From IMG/VR virus record IMGVR_UViG_3300006927_000001, positions 17,874 to 81,873 of that record: a stretch of DNA of 64,000 nt. One strand, written 5' to 3'. The notes under the pieces are model-generated. The model had not been told where the DNA came from. It did not search any database and was given only the letters and a program-made list of their open reading frames with translations. The translations under genes were made by a program, and so were the position numbers. Of this stretch, positions 1 to 8,101 are shown in pieces. Every line of letters starts with the position of its first letter. The stretch's first letter is position 1. Origin of the DNA: a virus.

Positions 1-1
1 C

Positions 2-277
2 CGTGTCTCCTAATAACAGTCCATCACTTTTGGATACAGGATCAACACCTTTGTTTGTTTCACCGAGTATAAGTCCCTCTGTAAGTGATACATGGTAGGT
101 GGCTTTTGAAGATATAGAATCGCCAAGAGTTATGCCTTCCGCTAAAGATACTGCAAAAGCTGTAATTTGATAAGTTACAGCATCACCTAAGACAAAACCT
201 TCACCCGAGTCAGAAGGAAGTCCAAGTCCTCCTGATCCAGCACCTCCTATTCGATGTCTACAACGAGCATCAACCAT
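2..277 (-). CDS. N-terminal part of a repeat-containing protein, probably virion-associated (runs off the window)
   Basis: Manual translation from ATG 277 (MVDARCRHRIGGAGSGG...) is open to the window edge. It has a recurring (E/D)G..LG(D/E) motif about every 20 aa. Confidence 0.6.
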   Translation of the reverse strand, partial: MVDARCRHRIGGAGSGGLGLPSDSGEGFVLGDAVTYQITAFAVSLAEGITLGDSISSKATYHVSLTEGLILGETNKGVDPVSKSDGLLLGDT

Positions 278-851
278 TCTGTTTACCTAGGGCATCAATA
301 ATTCTTCCACTGATTCGATCAACAACATCTGGATCTTCAATTTCACAACTGATAGATTCAATTACCTCACTTGCAAAAGCCAAACCTGCTGTTCGATCCA
401 TCATTGATCCAGCACCCTTTTCAAGACGTTCAGCAGTTCTGACAAGTTTTTCACAAGAACTAACAAGTTGTTGAATTCTAGCAGACCACATTAATAATTG
501 TTGTGTGTCTTCACATTGATTCAAAATCTGTTCAATCATCAATCTTGTGACACCAATTTCACCACGAAGACTTTTTGCTTGCTCACTTTCAGCAAACTCA
601 TCCATACGTTCTTGCCAAATGCTCAAACGATAATCATGAGTTCTTTCTTTTCGTACAGTTGTTGCTTTCTTTTCACCTCCGTGCCTTGCACATGTATGTG
701 AATTTATATAATCCGTAGGATTTGCAACTTCCAATAGATGACGTTCTACACAAGCAGCCATTGAGAGATAAGGACATTGACCATGTTTCCCACCAGATTG
801 ACATCGACCAGGATCAGCGTCATGTTCTATCCGATGTAACTTTTTATCCAT
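270..851 (-). CDS. terminase small subunit-like protein (HGG motif)
   Basis: C...C...CARHGG motif followed by a helical region (SLRGEIGVTRLMIEQIL), typical of HGGxSTG-type small terminases. The likely start is MDKKL at 851. Confidence 0.55.
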   Translation of the reverse strand: MDKKLHRIEHDADPGRCQSGGKHGQCPYLSMAACVERHLLEVANPTDYINSHTCARHGGEKKATTVRKERTHDYRLSIWQERMDEFAESEQAKSLRGEIGVTRLMIEQILNQCEDTQQLLMWSARIQQLVSSCEKLVRTAERLEKGAGSMMDRTAGLAFASEVIESISCEIEDPDVVDRISGRIIDALGKQNG

Positions 852-926
852 AAAATCCTCGGGGTCTTGACCCGCATCGCAACCCCAAGGATCGAGACCC
901 GAAGGTCCACGCCCAAAGGGCAAAAA

Positions 927-1181
927 TTAATTTCCTTGAAGTTCATCCAGAAATTCTTGGATATCTTCAACATCAGCTGCAGCCATTTCTTTCATGGCTA
1001 AATCCAACTTCTTACGAAGTTTCTTTCCTTTGTGACCATCTTTACGTAAAGTTTTACGTAAACGTGCACGTGCAATATTTGGATGTGACTTCATTACAGC
1101 AGCACGTTCAGCATTGTTGTTTTCCTGACATTTTTCAAAAAGTGTTGTCAGTAAGGGCACGAGTAAAGTAAACCAGTTCAT
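927..1181 (-). CDS. hypothetical protein with hydrophobic N-terminus
   Basis: 84-aa ORF whose start overlaps the peptidase stop (ATGA-type coupling). Confidence 0.6.
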   Translation of the reverse strand: MNWFTLLVPLLTTLFEKCQENNNAERAAVMKSHPNIARARLRKTLRKDGHKGKKLRKKLDLAMKEMAAADVEDIQEFLDELQGN

Positions 1182-1978
1182 AAAGTACCTCCTTTAGGAC
1201 CTGCGGGTTGACTGGGATCATCAGGTGCTAAAGTCTCGGCACAACACCAAGCTCCCCCTGTTGACCAATTAGATTCCGAATCATAAAGACGCCCATTGTC
1301 GCCTCTAGACTTAGAGTACGAATCACAATAACGGACAAGAAAGCGGCGACCATCATGTAAGAGGTCTTCACCGCAAATAGAATGCCCTTTACGTCCATAA
1401 CAGATCGGCATGTCATGAAGTAAAGCAGAAGCAAATTCTTCCTTTGAGCCAATAGAAAACCACCCATTTTTAGCAACACGCAAATGACGGGCTGTGTCCC
1501 TCCACCCTTGTGGCATATTTCGACTAAAGGGTGTATTCTCCTGGTAAGTATGCTTAAAATTAGCATGTTTGTCGCTAAAAAGAATACCTACTTCTGTGAG
1601 ATGTTCCATTGCACCCCAGCACGTTGATCCTGAATTACGGCTTCTGGCTACTTGATTATAGCCAGACATAGGAGAAGGAATGAACATGTATTTTTTGCCG
1701 TATTGAACAGCATACCGAATCGCATAGCAGCGACATGCGGCATTATACACGCAACTTGATTCAGGATTCTGGTTATAAACGTAATCAAAAAAGTTTTGAA
1801 GAGCATAGTTCTTTGATTTACGATCATCAATACGATCTTTCCACTCATTTCGCGGAATGACAAAAGAAGACGGAAAAGATACTCCAAAAGATTCTTCAGA
1901 GTGAATTAACCCACCCAGTTCCTGTCCTGGTTTCCATTCATCTCTAACAATATCAATTAATGCGGGATTTATGTTCAT
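1178..1978 (-). CDS. papain-like (C1) cysteine peptidase
   Basis: YNQ....SCVYNA (oxyanion Gln, catalytic Cys), GHSICG (His), and DSYSKSRGDNG matching the NSWG..WG..G motif. Confidence 0.8.
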   Translation of the reverse strand: MNINPALIDIVRDEWKPGQELGGLIHSEESFGVSFPSSFVIPRNEWKDRIDDRKSKNYALQNFFDYVYNQNPESSCVYNAACRCYAIRYAVQYGKKYMFIPSPMSGYNQVARSRNSGSTCWGAMEHLTEVGILFSDKHANFKHTYQENTPFSRNMPQGWRDTARHLRVAKNGWFSIGSKEEFASALLHDMPICYGRKGHSICGEDLLHDGRRFLVRYCDSYSKSRGDNGRLYDSESNWSTGGAWCCAETLAPDDPSQPAGPKGGTL

Positions 1979-2595
1979 TTAGTAATTGCCTCAACTAATG
2001 CTTCAGTTGTTTCAGGTAAAGGCATGATTTTCAGAACAGTATTATCATTTAACAAAACGAGAATTCGAGAATAGCCAACTCCAGATGCGGCGTCGAGGGC
2101 TGGCTTTAGGTCTAAAGGGACTGTACCTGTTCCTGTTTTTGGAGTTGAATCAGTTATTCTAAGTTCAATTGACCCGATTTCAGATCGTGCTGCAGGAACA
2201 TGTGGTGAAACAGGACTATCAGCAATCACAACAGCTTTGGTTACTTTAAATTCAGGTGGAGGAGGTCTTGCTCCGAGAACCGTTAAATTATAATATTTCT
2301 TTTCTTTTCTGCCTTCATCTCCCATTTTAAATATTAACAGCATCTGAACTTCGTATTCTCCTGGTGCTGCCCAGATAGCGAATGTATTTCCATTATCATA
2401 TTCACGTCCACGTGCTCTCGGTCCCTGTGAAATGTTAATAATTTGCCAATCAATCATGAACAACGTGAATCCGTCAGGTTCTTCATATTGTACAGTAAAT
2501 TCAATTGGTTCATGTTGTTCAAACGTGAAAATTTGTGGAGTTTCTGCTTTCACTGTATCTAAGAAAATAAGCGTCAAAAATAACAAAGTAGACAT
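1975..2595 (-). CDS. secreted or membrane hypothetical protein
   Basis: N-terminal signal-like segment and PPPP linker; translationally coupled to the peptidase. Confidence 0.6.
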   Translation of the reverse strand: MSTLLFLTLIFLDTVKAETPQIFTFEQHEPIEFTVQYEEPDGFTLFMIDWQIINISQGPRARGREYDNGNTFAIWAAPGEYEVQMLLIFKMGDEGRKEKKYYNLTVLGARPPPPEFKVTKAVVIADSPVSPHVPAARSEIGSIELRITDSTPKTGTGTVPLDLKPALDAASGVGYSRILVLLNDNTVLKIMPLPETTEALVEAITK

Positions 2596-2656
2596 AATTT
2601 TTTCCTGTGCGGGTTGTTTGAGCGTGTCAATGATTCAAGATCGTTGAATTTTAAAT

Positions 2657-2689
2657 CCTTGCAGCGATCTTGTCGAGATCGCTGCAAAC
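2657..2689. repeat. 33-bp palindrome, copy 1
   Basis: ccttgcagcgatct-tgtcg-agatcgctgcaa(ac); the centre is in reverse orientation relative to copies 2 and 4. Confidence 0.95.
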
Positions 2690-2703
2690 TGAGAATTATC
2701 CCG

Positions 2704-2714
2704 TATATTATACG
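2704..2714 (-). promoter_or_regulatory. putative promoter -10 element CGTATAATATA
   Basis: The same 11-mer occurs twice in the 46.4-46.5 kb divergent region. Here it lies between palindromes 1 and 2, upstream of the leftward operon. Confidence 0.55.
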
Positions 2715-2734
2715 TGATTCGACCCAAAATAATT

Positions 2735-2767
2735 CCTTGCAGCGATCTCGACAAGATCGCTGCAAGG
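2735..2767. repeat. 33-bp palindrome, copy 2
   Basis: ccttgcagcgatct-cgaca-agatcgctgcaagg. Confidence 0.95.
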
Positions 2768-2852
2768 ATGCTGATTTAGGTAATTTCAGACTTCAAATCA
2801 AACCCAGCAACCCAGAATGAAGTTTTAAAGTTGAGAAAGTCTACGAAAACAG

Positions 2853-2877
2853 CCCACTTCTCATTTGAGGAGTGGGA
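2853..2877. terminator. hairpin, possible terminator
   Basis: cccacttctca-tt-tgaggagtggg, flanked by A-rich sequence on the left. Confidence 0.45.
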
Positions 2878-2904
2878 CTTGTTGAAAGATTCAAGATCAA
2901 AGGT

Positions 2905-3062
2905 TCATGGGCGGTAGTTTGATAAGAATGTAATTGAAATAAGGATCATGGGCGGTGGGTTGATTTAAATGTAATTGAAATAAGAATCATGGGCGGTGGT
3001 TTGATAAGAATGTAATTAAAATAATAAATAAGAATCATGGGCGGTGGTTTGATTTAAATGTA
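2905..3062. repeat. four tandem repeats of about 41 bp
   Basis: tcatgggcggt starts at 2905, 2946, 2987 and 3035, with alternating gataagaatgta / gatttaaatgta variants. Confidence 0.95.
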
Positions 3063-3213
3063 CAGCCTTAGAAAAAATTGACCGTATCAGACCCTACAGA
3101 GCGACAGGGGTACCCTAGTTTACCTATTCGCCCTATTTTACCTATTTGACCCACCCCGCCTAGGTAGCCTGGCCCACCTATCTTGACCAGACTACCTAGC
3201 TTGCCTAGCTTAC

Positions 3214-3720
3214 TTACTTCTCCCAGACAGCCAGCGTTGCCCAAACTATGTCCTTTACCACGGCGTACTCAACTTGCCCAAACTGACTAGCCACCTCAGA
3301 CAGCGTAGCTTCTAGATTCTCCGGAGTTAACCTACTTGGCCCAACTACCGTAGCTTGCCTAGTCCACGCAGGTTCCCCATCTTCTGTAACCAACTCAGCT
3401 TGCTCAGCTTGCTCAGCTAATGCAGCCTTCGCAAATACCTCATTGTCTTCAAGCTGTGCATTCAACCTATATACCGCACATTCCCAAAGTTCCCTAGCTT
3501 GCTTAACCCTATAAAACATCCCATACCCCTCAGCAAACCTAGCCATCCTATTTTGCAATTCTTGCTTATAGAACTCAGCTTCCCTAGCCAGCCTAGTCGT
3601 CACATCTAACCTATTCATTGTAAACCTCCTATTGTACGTGATTACCGGATACTGTGGAGACTTCGCAGCCAATCTAGATACCGCATCCTGCACATCTTGC
3701 CAGCATACTTCAGTCATCAT
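3214..3720 (-). CDS. hypothetical protein with atypical composition
   Basis: 168-aa ORF with GGGAG RBS before the ATG; followed by a hairpin at about 3160-3199. Confidence 0.65.
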   Translation of the reverse strand: MMTEVCWQDVQDAVSRLAAKSPQYPVITYNRRFTMNRLDVTTRLAREAEFYKQELQNRMARFAEGYGMFYRVKQARELWECAVYRLNAQLEDNEVFAKAALAEQAEQAELVTEDGEPAWTRQATVVGPSRLTPENLEATLSEVASQFGQVEYAVVKDIVWATLAVWEK

Positions 3721-3743
3721 AAACTCCCTATCTTACCAAACGA

Positions 3744-3782
3744 AAAACCCCCCTGGCCAGGGGACACCTGACCAGGGGGGGG
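3744..3782 (-). terminator. intrinsic terminator
   Basis: On the minus strand: ccccctggtcagg-tgtcc-cctggccaggggg followed by ttttt, just downstream of the 3796 gene. Confidence 0.75.
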
Positions 3783-3795
3783 TACGTAGACACCC

Positions 3796-5052
3796 CTACT
3801 TGGAGGGGGCTTCTTCCGCGACTCCATCAGTCGAGGGGGTAAAACTGAGAGGGGTTTTGTGCCCCAGTTCGTTGAAGAAGGCGAAATCGTTGGCGATAAT
3901 TGCCGTAAGGCAATCACCCAAAGAGACTTGCACATCCCCCAAAAGGAGGGTCCAGTTCTCCATGTTCTTCCGATCGATAACGGGCGGCTTGTAGCCCGAA
4001 ATCAGGTTTTTGATGACAGCTTCCACCTGATCGGGGGATGCCGGTTTATCTTGCTTCTCCCCCAAAATGGGAACGTATCGTGCTGGAACTTTGCCGTCTT
4101 TTGTCCGACCAAGTAGAACTTGAGCAGTTTCCTTGTCCAGCTTACCGGCAGGAATCCCCCCGTTTGGGGAATACAACATTTTTCCGCCGTCATCAGTGGC
4201 CACCTTGATCTTGATGCGATCAAAAATCTTGAGTCCCCCATTGGCGGGGATACTCGCGACCATCGCCCAACGGTGATACTTTTGGCGATTGCCACGATTG
4301 GCCTGCGTCATCTTGCCGGAAATCGGATCGAAGCGATCAGATAGACCCAATTGTCTACCTAGGTCAAGTTCGGTGATTCCCGGTTGTTCAGCCAAAAAGA
4401 TGATGGCGTTGCGAAGTAACCCGCAAGGCGAGTAACCCGCTTTGCTGTTTTGGGCGTTTTCGTCCGCCAACATCTTGTGAGTGACAGCAATTGACGTGAA
4501 TTCACGCCTTGTGGCATAGAATTCATACTCGCGAGGGGCGTCAATGTGCCCCCTCAATTGGGCTAGCACGACCGTTCCGGGTGCGGCATAATTCCGACGT
4601 TGCCCGCACAAGGCGAAGTCCGTGGGCTTGATCCCTTTGACCGATTCCAGCGAATCCGCCAATTGATCGTAAGTAATGGTTTCCGAATCCCCCGATTCCC
4701 CTTTTGGGAAATTCAAGGTTTTCTCACCCAATTCGCGAAATTCCGCAATCCGTTCTTCACGTTGCAGCATTGCAACCGCGACCGGATCTTCAGCAATTGC
4801 CGCGAACAGATCACAGGGGTTCTCCTCGTTCAAAGCCGCAAACAGCTTCGAGATTTCGTTAACGGTGTACGTTATGATCGTTCCTTTGCTCATATCGTAC
4901 CCATTGGCCATGTCAGGCGGGATTTGACCCAACGGACTTGACCAGGAATCCGAATCGTCGCGTCCAGGATTGTATGCCGGGGATTTAGTCTCGACATTCC
5001 AAAACGCCCACAATTGACCGATTGATACGGTCTGCACTTTCATTTTTGACAT
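3796..5052 (-). CDS. divergent ParB-family protein
   Basis: ALCGQRR (GxRR box), LADENAQ (EN box), then HTH-like PGITELDLGRQLG. Likely start MSKMKV at 5052. GC-richer than its surroundings. Confidence 0.55.
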   Translation of the reverse strand: MSKMKVQTVSIGQLWAFWNVETKSPAYNPGRDDSDSWSSPLGQIPPDMANGYDMSKGTIITYTVNEISKLFAALNEENPCDLFAAIAEDPVAVAMLQREERIAEFRELGEKTLNFPKGESGDSETITYDQLADSLESVKGIKPTDFALCGQRRNYAAPGTVVLAQLRGHIDAPREYEFYATRREFTSIAVTHKMLADENAQNSKAGYSPCGLLRNAIIFLAEQPGITELDLGRQLGLSDRFDPISGKMTQANRGNRQKYHRWAMVASIPANGGLKIFDRIKIKVATDDGGKMLYSPNGGIPAGKLDKETAQVLLGRTKDGKVPARYVPILGEKQDKPASPDQVEAVIKNLISGYKPPVIDRKNMENWTLLLGDVQVSLGDCLTAIIANDFAFFNELGHKTPLSFTPSTDGVAEEAPSK

Positions 5053-5084
5053 GATTCTACTTTCATTAGTGAGGTTTGAACTGT

Positions 5085-5421
5085 GCCAGCATAGGCAAGA
5101 TAGGCCGATTTGAGTCATTCTGTGCATACACAACCAAATGCACCAAGTTTGCGATTTTTTGGTTGCGTACACTTCGGACAATATTTGATTCTATCTTCAG
5201 CGTGTATTCCATCATTCAAGTATCGTAGCAAGTCTATTCCGACTGTACCGAATTGTTTTTTTGCGTGTTCGTCAGTGGTCAAACTTTCCACGATTCCAAA
5301 CAAAAACGCAGAATTAAATTCATTGAGATTCTGTATCCTCTGTTTGAATGCTGCTAGTTGGGTTAGTGTTTCCTGTCTTGACATGATTCTTTCCTATCTA
5401 GCCTATCTTGCCTATGCTGGC
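5085..5421. repeat. perfect 21-bp inverted repeat pair (5085-5105 / 5401-5421) enclosing the 89-aa gene
   Basis: gccagcataggcaagataggc and gcctatcttgcctatgctggc. Confidence 0.95.
5115..5384 (-). CDS. hypothetical protein with C-terminal Cys cluster (CPKC...CVC)
   Basis: 89-aa ORF with AGGAAAG RBS. Confidence 0.65.
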   Translation of the reverse strand: MSRQETLTQLAAFKQRIQNLNEFNSAFLFGIVESLTTDEHAKKQFGTVGIDLLRYLNDGIHAEDRIKYCPKCTQPKNRKLGAFGCVCTE

Positions 5422-5455
5422 GTACCCCCCCACATAGGGGGGTACACTGGTTGCA

Positions 5456-5614
5456 GGAACCAAGCAACCATGGCTAGATTTAGACGCCCACGTGAATACC
5501 GCCCTAGACTGGTTTAACGTCGCCCGATAAGCCTCAAGAGTGACTAGTATACTCAATCGGTTTGAATTCAAAGGCCGTTTAACGAGTCTATGCTAGCCAT
5601 GGCTGCTTGGTTCC
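5456..5614. repeat. 22-bp inverted repeat pair (5456-5477 / 5593-5614) with an inner stem; candidate structured ncRNA
   Basis: ggaaccaagcaaccatggctag vs ctagccatggctgcttggttcc (1 mismatch). The inner arms are tagactggtttaacg / cgtttaacgagtcta. Confidence 0.85.
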
Positions 5615-5617
5615 CTA

Positions 5618-5797
5618 TTCTGAGTCCCTCAGTCGTCGTTTGCCAGTGTTGAAGTCTAGTTGGTTAGAAATCTACTGTGTAGCGTGAAAACGTGCTATAC
5701 GGCCAGTGTGAGGACGTATAACAGCAAGATTGCCATTGCTGCGAGTAGTTTCATGTTTCACCTATCTTTCCGCAAACGACGACTGAGGGACTCAGAA
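5618..5797. repeat. perfect 26-bp inverted repeat pair (5618-5643 / 5772-5797)
   Basis: ttctgagtccctcagtcgtcgtttgc and gcaaacgacgactgagggactcagaa. Confidence 0.95.
5695..5754 (-). CDS. 19-aa hydrophobic peptide MKLLAAMAILLLYVLTLAV
   Basis: Manual translation; AGGTGA RBS just upstream of the ATG. It is below the ORF-track length cutoff. Confidence 0.55.
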   Translation of the reverse strand: MKLLAAMAILLLYVLTLAV

Positions 5798-6250
5798 GAT
5801 AGTACGCTATCAGCGGGTACAGTTTTTATACAGTCTCGGTACGATTGACGACTGCCAGCACGTATGCCGGACTTTAAGTTGTGAGTCTGTTTTGCATTAG
5901 CCTTGCGATTCCTAGTTGGTGATTGTTGCGTCCCTCTACCTATACAGAAATGAGGAAAGGAATAGGGGGACTGCAAAAATCGTCGTAAGTCGTTGCTATC
6001 AAAGGACTTAGGTGCCAGGCGTAAATAAGCATTTTAGTGTACAACTGTTCAGAACACAAAATTTTCATTTTGTTGCAAATATCGACGCAAAGTCTTTGAC
6101 TGTAAGGCTTTAAAATTACTTTTTTTCCTGCAGGCTGTACCATACTTTCAAGGGAGCAGCAATTCCGCACATCCCTCCTGCTAGGTAGTTATAAGGACGA
6201 TATTCGTGAATCAAACGTCCCCACCCGGTCGAGGGGTGCCAGGTTTCCCG

Positions 6251-6324
6251 CAATTACTTGTATTTGCTACAATTACTTGTATTTGCTACAATTACTTGTA
6301 TTTGCTACAATTACTTGTATTTGC
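6251..6324. repeat. 19-bp tandem repeat, about 4 copies (iteron-like)
   Basis: (caattacttgtatttgcta) repeated about 3.9 times, exact. Confidence 0.95.
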
Positions 6325-6344
6325 GAGAGATTCACTTTGATATG

Positions 6345-6425
6345 CCAGCGACCAGGTGGCATATCATTTTGAATCAAGCAGCTACCCACCCGAATAGGGG
6401 GGTAATTACCAGCGACCAGGTGGCA
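6345..6425. repeat. 17-bp direct repeat pair
   Basis: ccagcgaccaggtggca at 6345-6361 and 6409-6425. Confidence 0.9.
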
Positions 6426-6611
6426 ATTCAAAAAACTTTTTATACATTAACAGTAAACTTGATAATCCTCAAGCTGAACCAAGCTCAAACAGCCATGATT
6501 CTAGATCCACAGGTGTTTTGGCCATGAAACAGGGTCGGTGGGTTGGTAGAAATAAACATTCAGATTCAAACTCACTTGACCACTTTGTGATTTGATCTCG
6601 GCCGTCCTATA

Positions 6612-6631
6612 AAACCCCCGCCCATGATCCT
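6612..6631 (-). repeat. inverted partial copy of the 41-bp repeat core
   Basis: The reverse complement aggatcatgggcgggggttt matches aggatcatgggcggtgggtt at 2942. Confidence 0.8.
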
Positions 6632-6795
6632 GAATTATTATGTATTTGACCAAGTGAAAATATACAGATCCTAATAACTAGGTAAATCACAAACCTTGCA
6701 GCACAGAAACATGATTTAGGATACTTATCATCCCAGATCACACAGATCATGGTTGATAGGTTTGAATTAGTTCAACAGATCACCTAAAACACAAT

Positions 6796-6828
6796 CCTTG
6801 CAGCGATCTCGTCGAGATCGCTGCAAGG
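6796..6828. repeat. 33-bp palindrome, copy 3
   Basis: ccttgcagcgatctcg-t-cgagatcgctgcaagg (perfect arms). Confidence 0.95.
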
Positions 6829-7050
6829 AACTTTTCTACCTACAAAAGACACCTATATGCTTTAATATATGTCTGTTTTCACCTTTTTATTTTTTCTGAT
6901 AAACAGTTTACCTCCCAAAAGTAAGTTAGAAAGTTAGTCTTTTATTTTCATATCTCACTTTTTTAAGAAGTTTGCAGCATGAAACCACGATCCATGAACC
7001 ATATTCACGAATATAAGTTGAAAAAGTAACCGTTTCAGCCTTAAAAAATT

Positions 7051-7083
7051 CCTTGCAGCGATCTCGACAAGATCGCTGCAAGG
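7051..7083. repeat. 33-bp palindrome, copy 4
   Basis: Identical to copy 2. Confidence 0.95.
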
Positions 7084-7208
7084 TTCCAGAATAACGTGAT
7101 TTAGCATCCAAGACCAATGGATTCTAACCAAATGGCCTATTATAAAATGGCCTATGAACAAAATCCATCTTATTCATAGACCAAGCAAAAACATAAATGG
7201 ATCTTGAA

Positions 7209-7670
7209 TCACTCTTTATATGTTGTTTGCACACCAGCACCAGGCATAGAAGCACCTGCACCCTTTTCAACTGCACCTACCACCTTGTCTGTAGTAGCCT
7301 TGTCAGCAGCCTTGTCAGCAGCTGCTTTTGTCAGCTGCTGCTTTTTGTCAGCTGCTGCTTTGACTGCAAGTTTGGATTCCACCGTCTGGCCTGGAGCAGG
7401 AGTCGCATTTTCTGCAGCAGCCTTAGAAGGCGATCGACGTTTCAGCCATGATGCCAAATCCTCACCATCAGCCATGAACTCGGTTGCTTCAACATCTCCG
7501 GTGGTTTTTGTTAAAACTTCACCACCCTTACCAAGGAACGTGGACCTTTCCATTGAGTACGTGCCAAACGTACCATCAAGAAACCGAAACACCAAGCCAG
7601 CTAATGCATCTCCACTTAAATTACCAGCCAATGAACGAATTTTTTCCAAAACTTCTTCAGGTTGCGTCAT
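7209..7670 (-). CDS. hypothetical protein with Ala/Lys-rich (KAAADK) tail
   Basis: 153-aa ORF with AAGGA RBS. Confidence 0.7.
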   Translation of the reverse strand: MTQPEEVLEKIRSLAGNLSGDALAGLVFRFLDGTFGTYSMERSTFLGKGGEVLTKTTGDVEATEFMADGEDLASWLKRRSPSKAAAENATPAPGQTVESKLAVKAAADKKQQLTKAAADKAADKATTDKVVGAVEKGAGASMPGAGVQTTYKE

Positions 7671-8101
7671 GTGAAATTTCCTTTATGTTAACTAAAAACA
7701 AACATCCATTACATTCAGTCCATTCATCCTCCAATCTTAATAATTACCACAAACAAAACATTTAGCTTTGAATCTTTTTGACCAAATCTAAATAACTCTA
7801 ACTGAGCCATCATTGATCTCCACATCATGTATGCCATTTTGTCAGATCAGCAACTATCTTTTTTCGCCAAACATGTCCACATGACGGACATTGCCATTCA
7901 CGAAAATCCTTCGTATCACGTGAACTACAAAATCCCGAATCCTTACACTTGGGACACGTTCGTTTGCGATGTGCTAATTTGTCCATTTCAACGACCAATG
8001 ACTTGTATTTATCTGCTCCCCAAACCAACACCCTTGATTCAGGATCAGTGTCTGTTGCTAACAATTGTTCGCCAAATTTTCTTAGAGTCGAGTGTGTTCG
8101 T

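Noticed and set aside
2574-2765. ORFs containing LQRSCRDRCK (also 2614-2820 and 6926-7117)
   Set aside because: The shared peptide is simply the translation of the DNA palindrome.
2905-3062. CRISPR array
   Set aside because: The units are contiguous tandem repeats without unique spacers, and no cas genes are present.
5085-5797. Shufflon or invertible cassettes
   Set aside because: Each inverted-repeat pair has a different sequence and no invertase is seen; not fully excluded without long reads.
6258-6527. 89-aa plus-strand ORF
   Set aside because: It starts inside the 19-bp tandem repeat and has no clear RBS.
2657-7083. Transposon/IS or protelomerase target site
   Set aside because: No transposase, recombinase or protelomerase is recognisable in the window, and I saw no target-site duplication.
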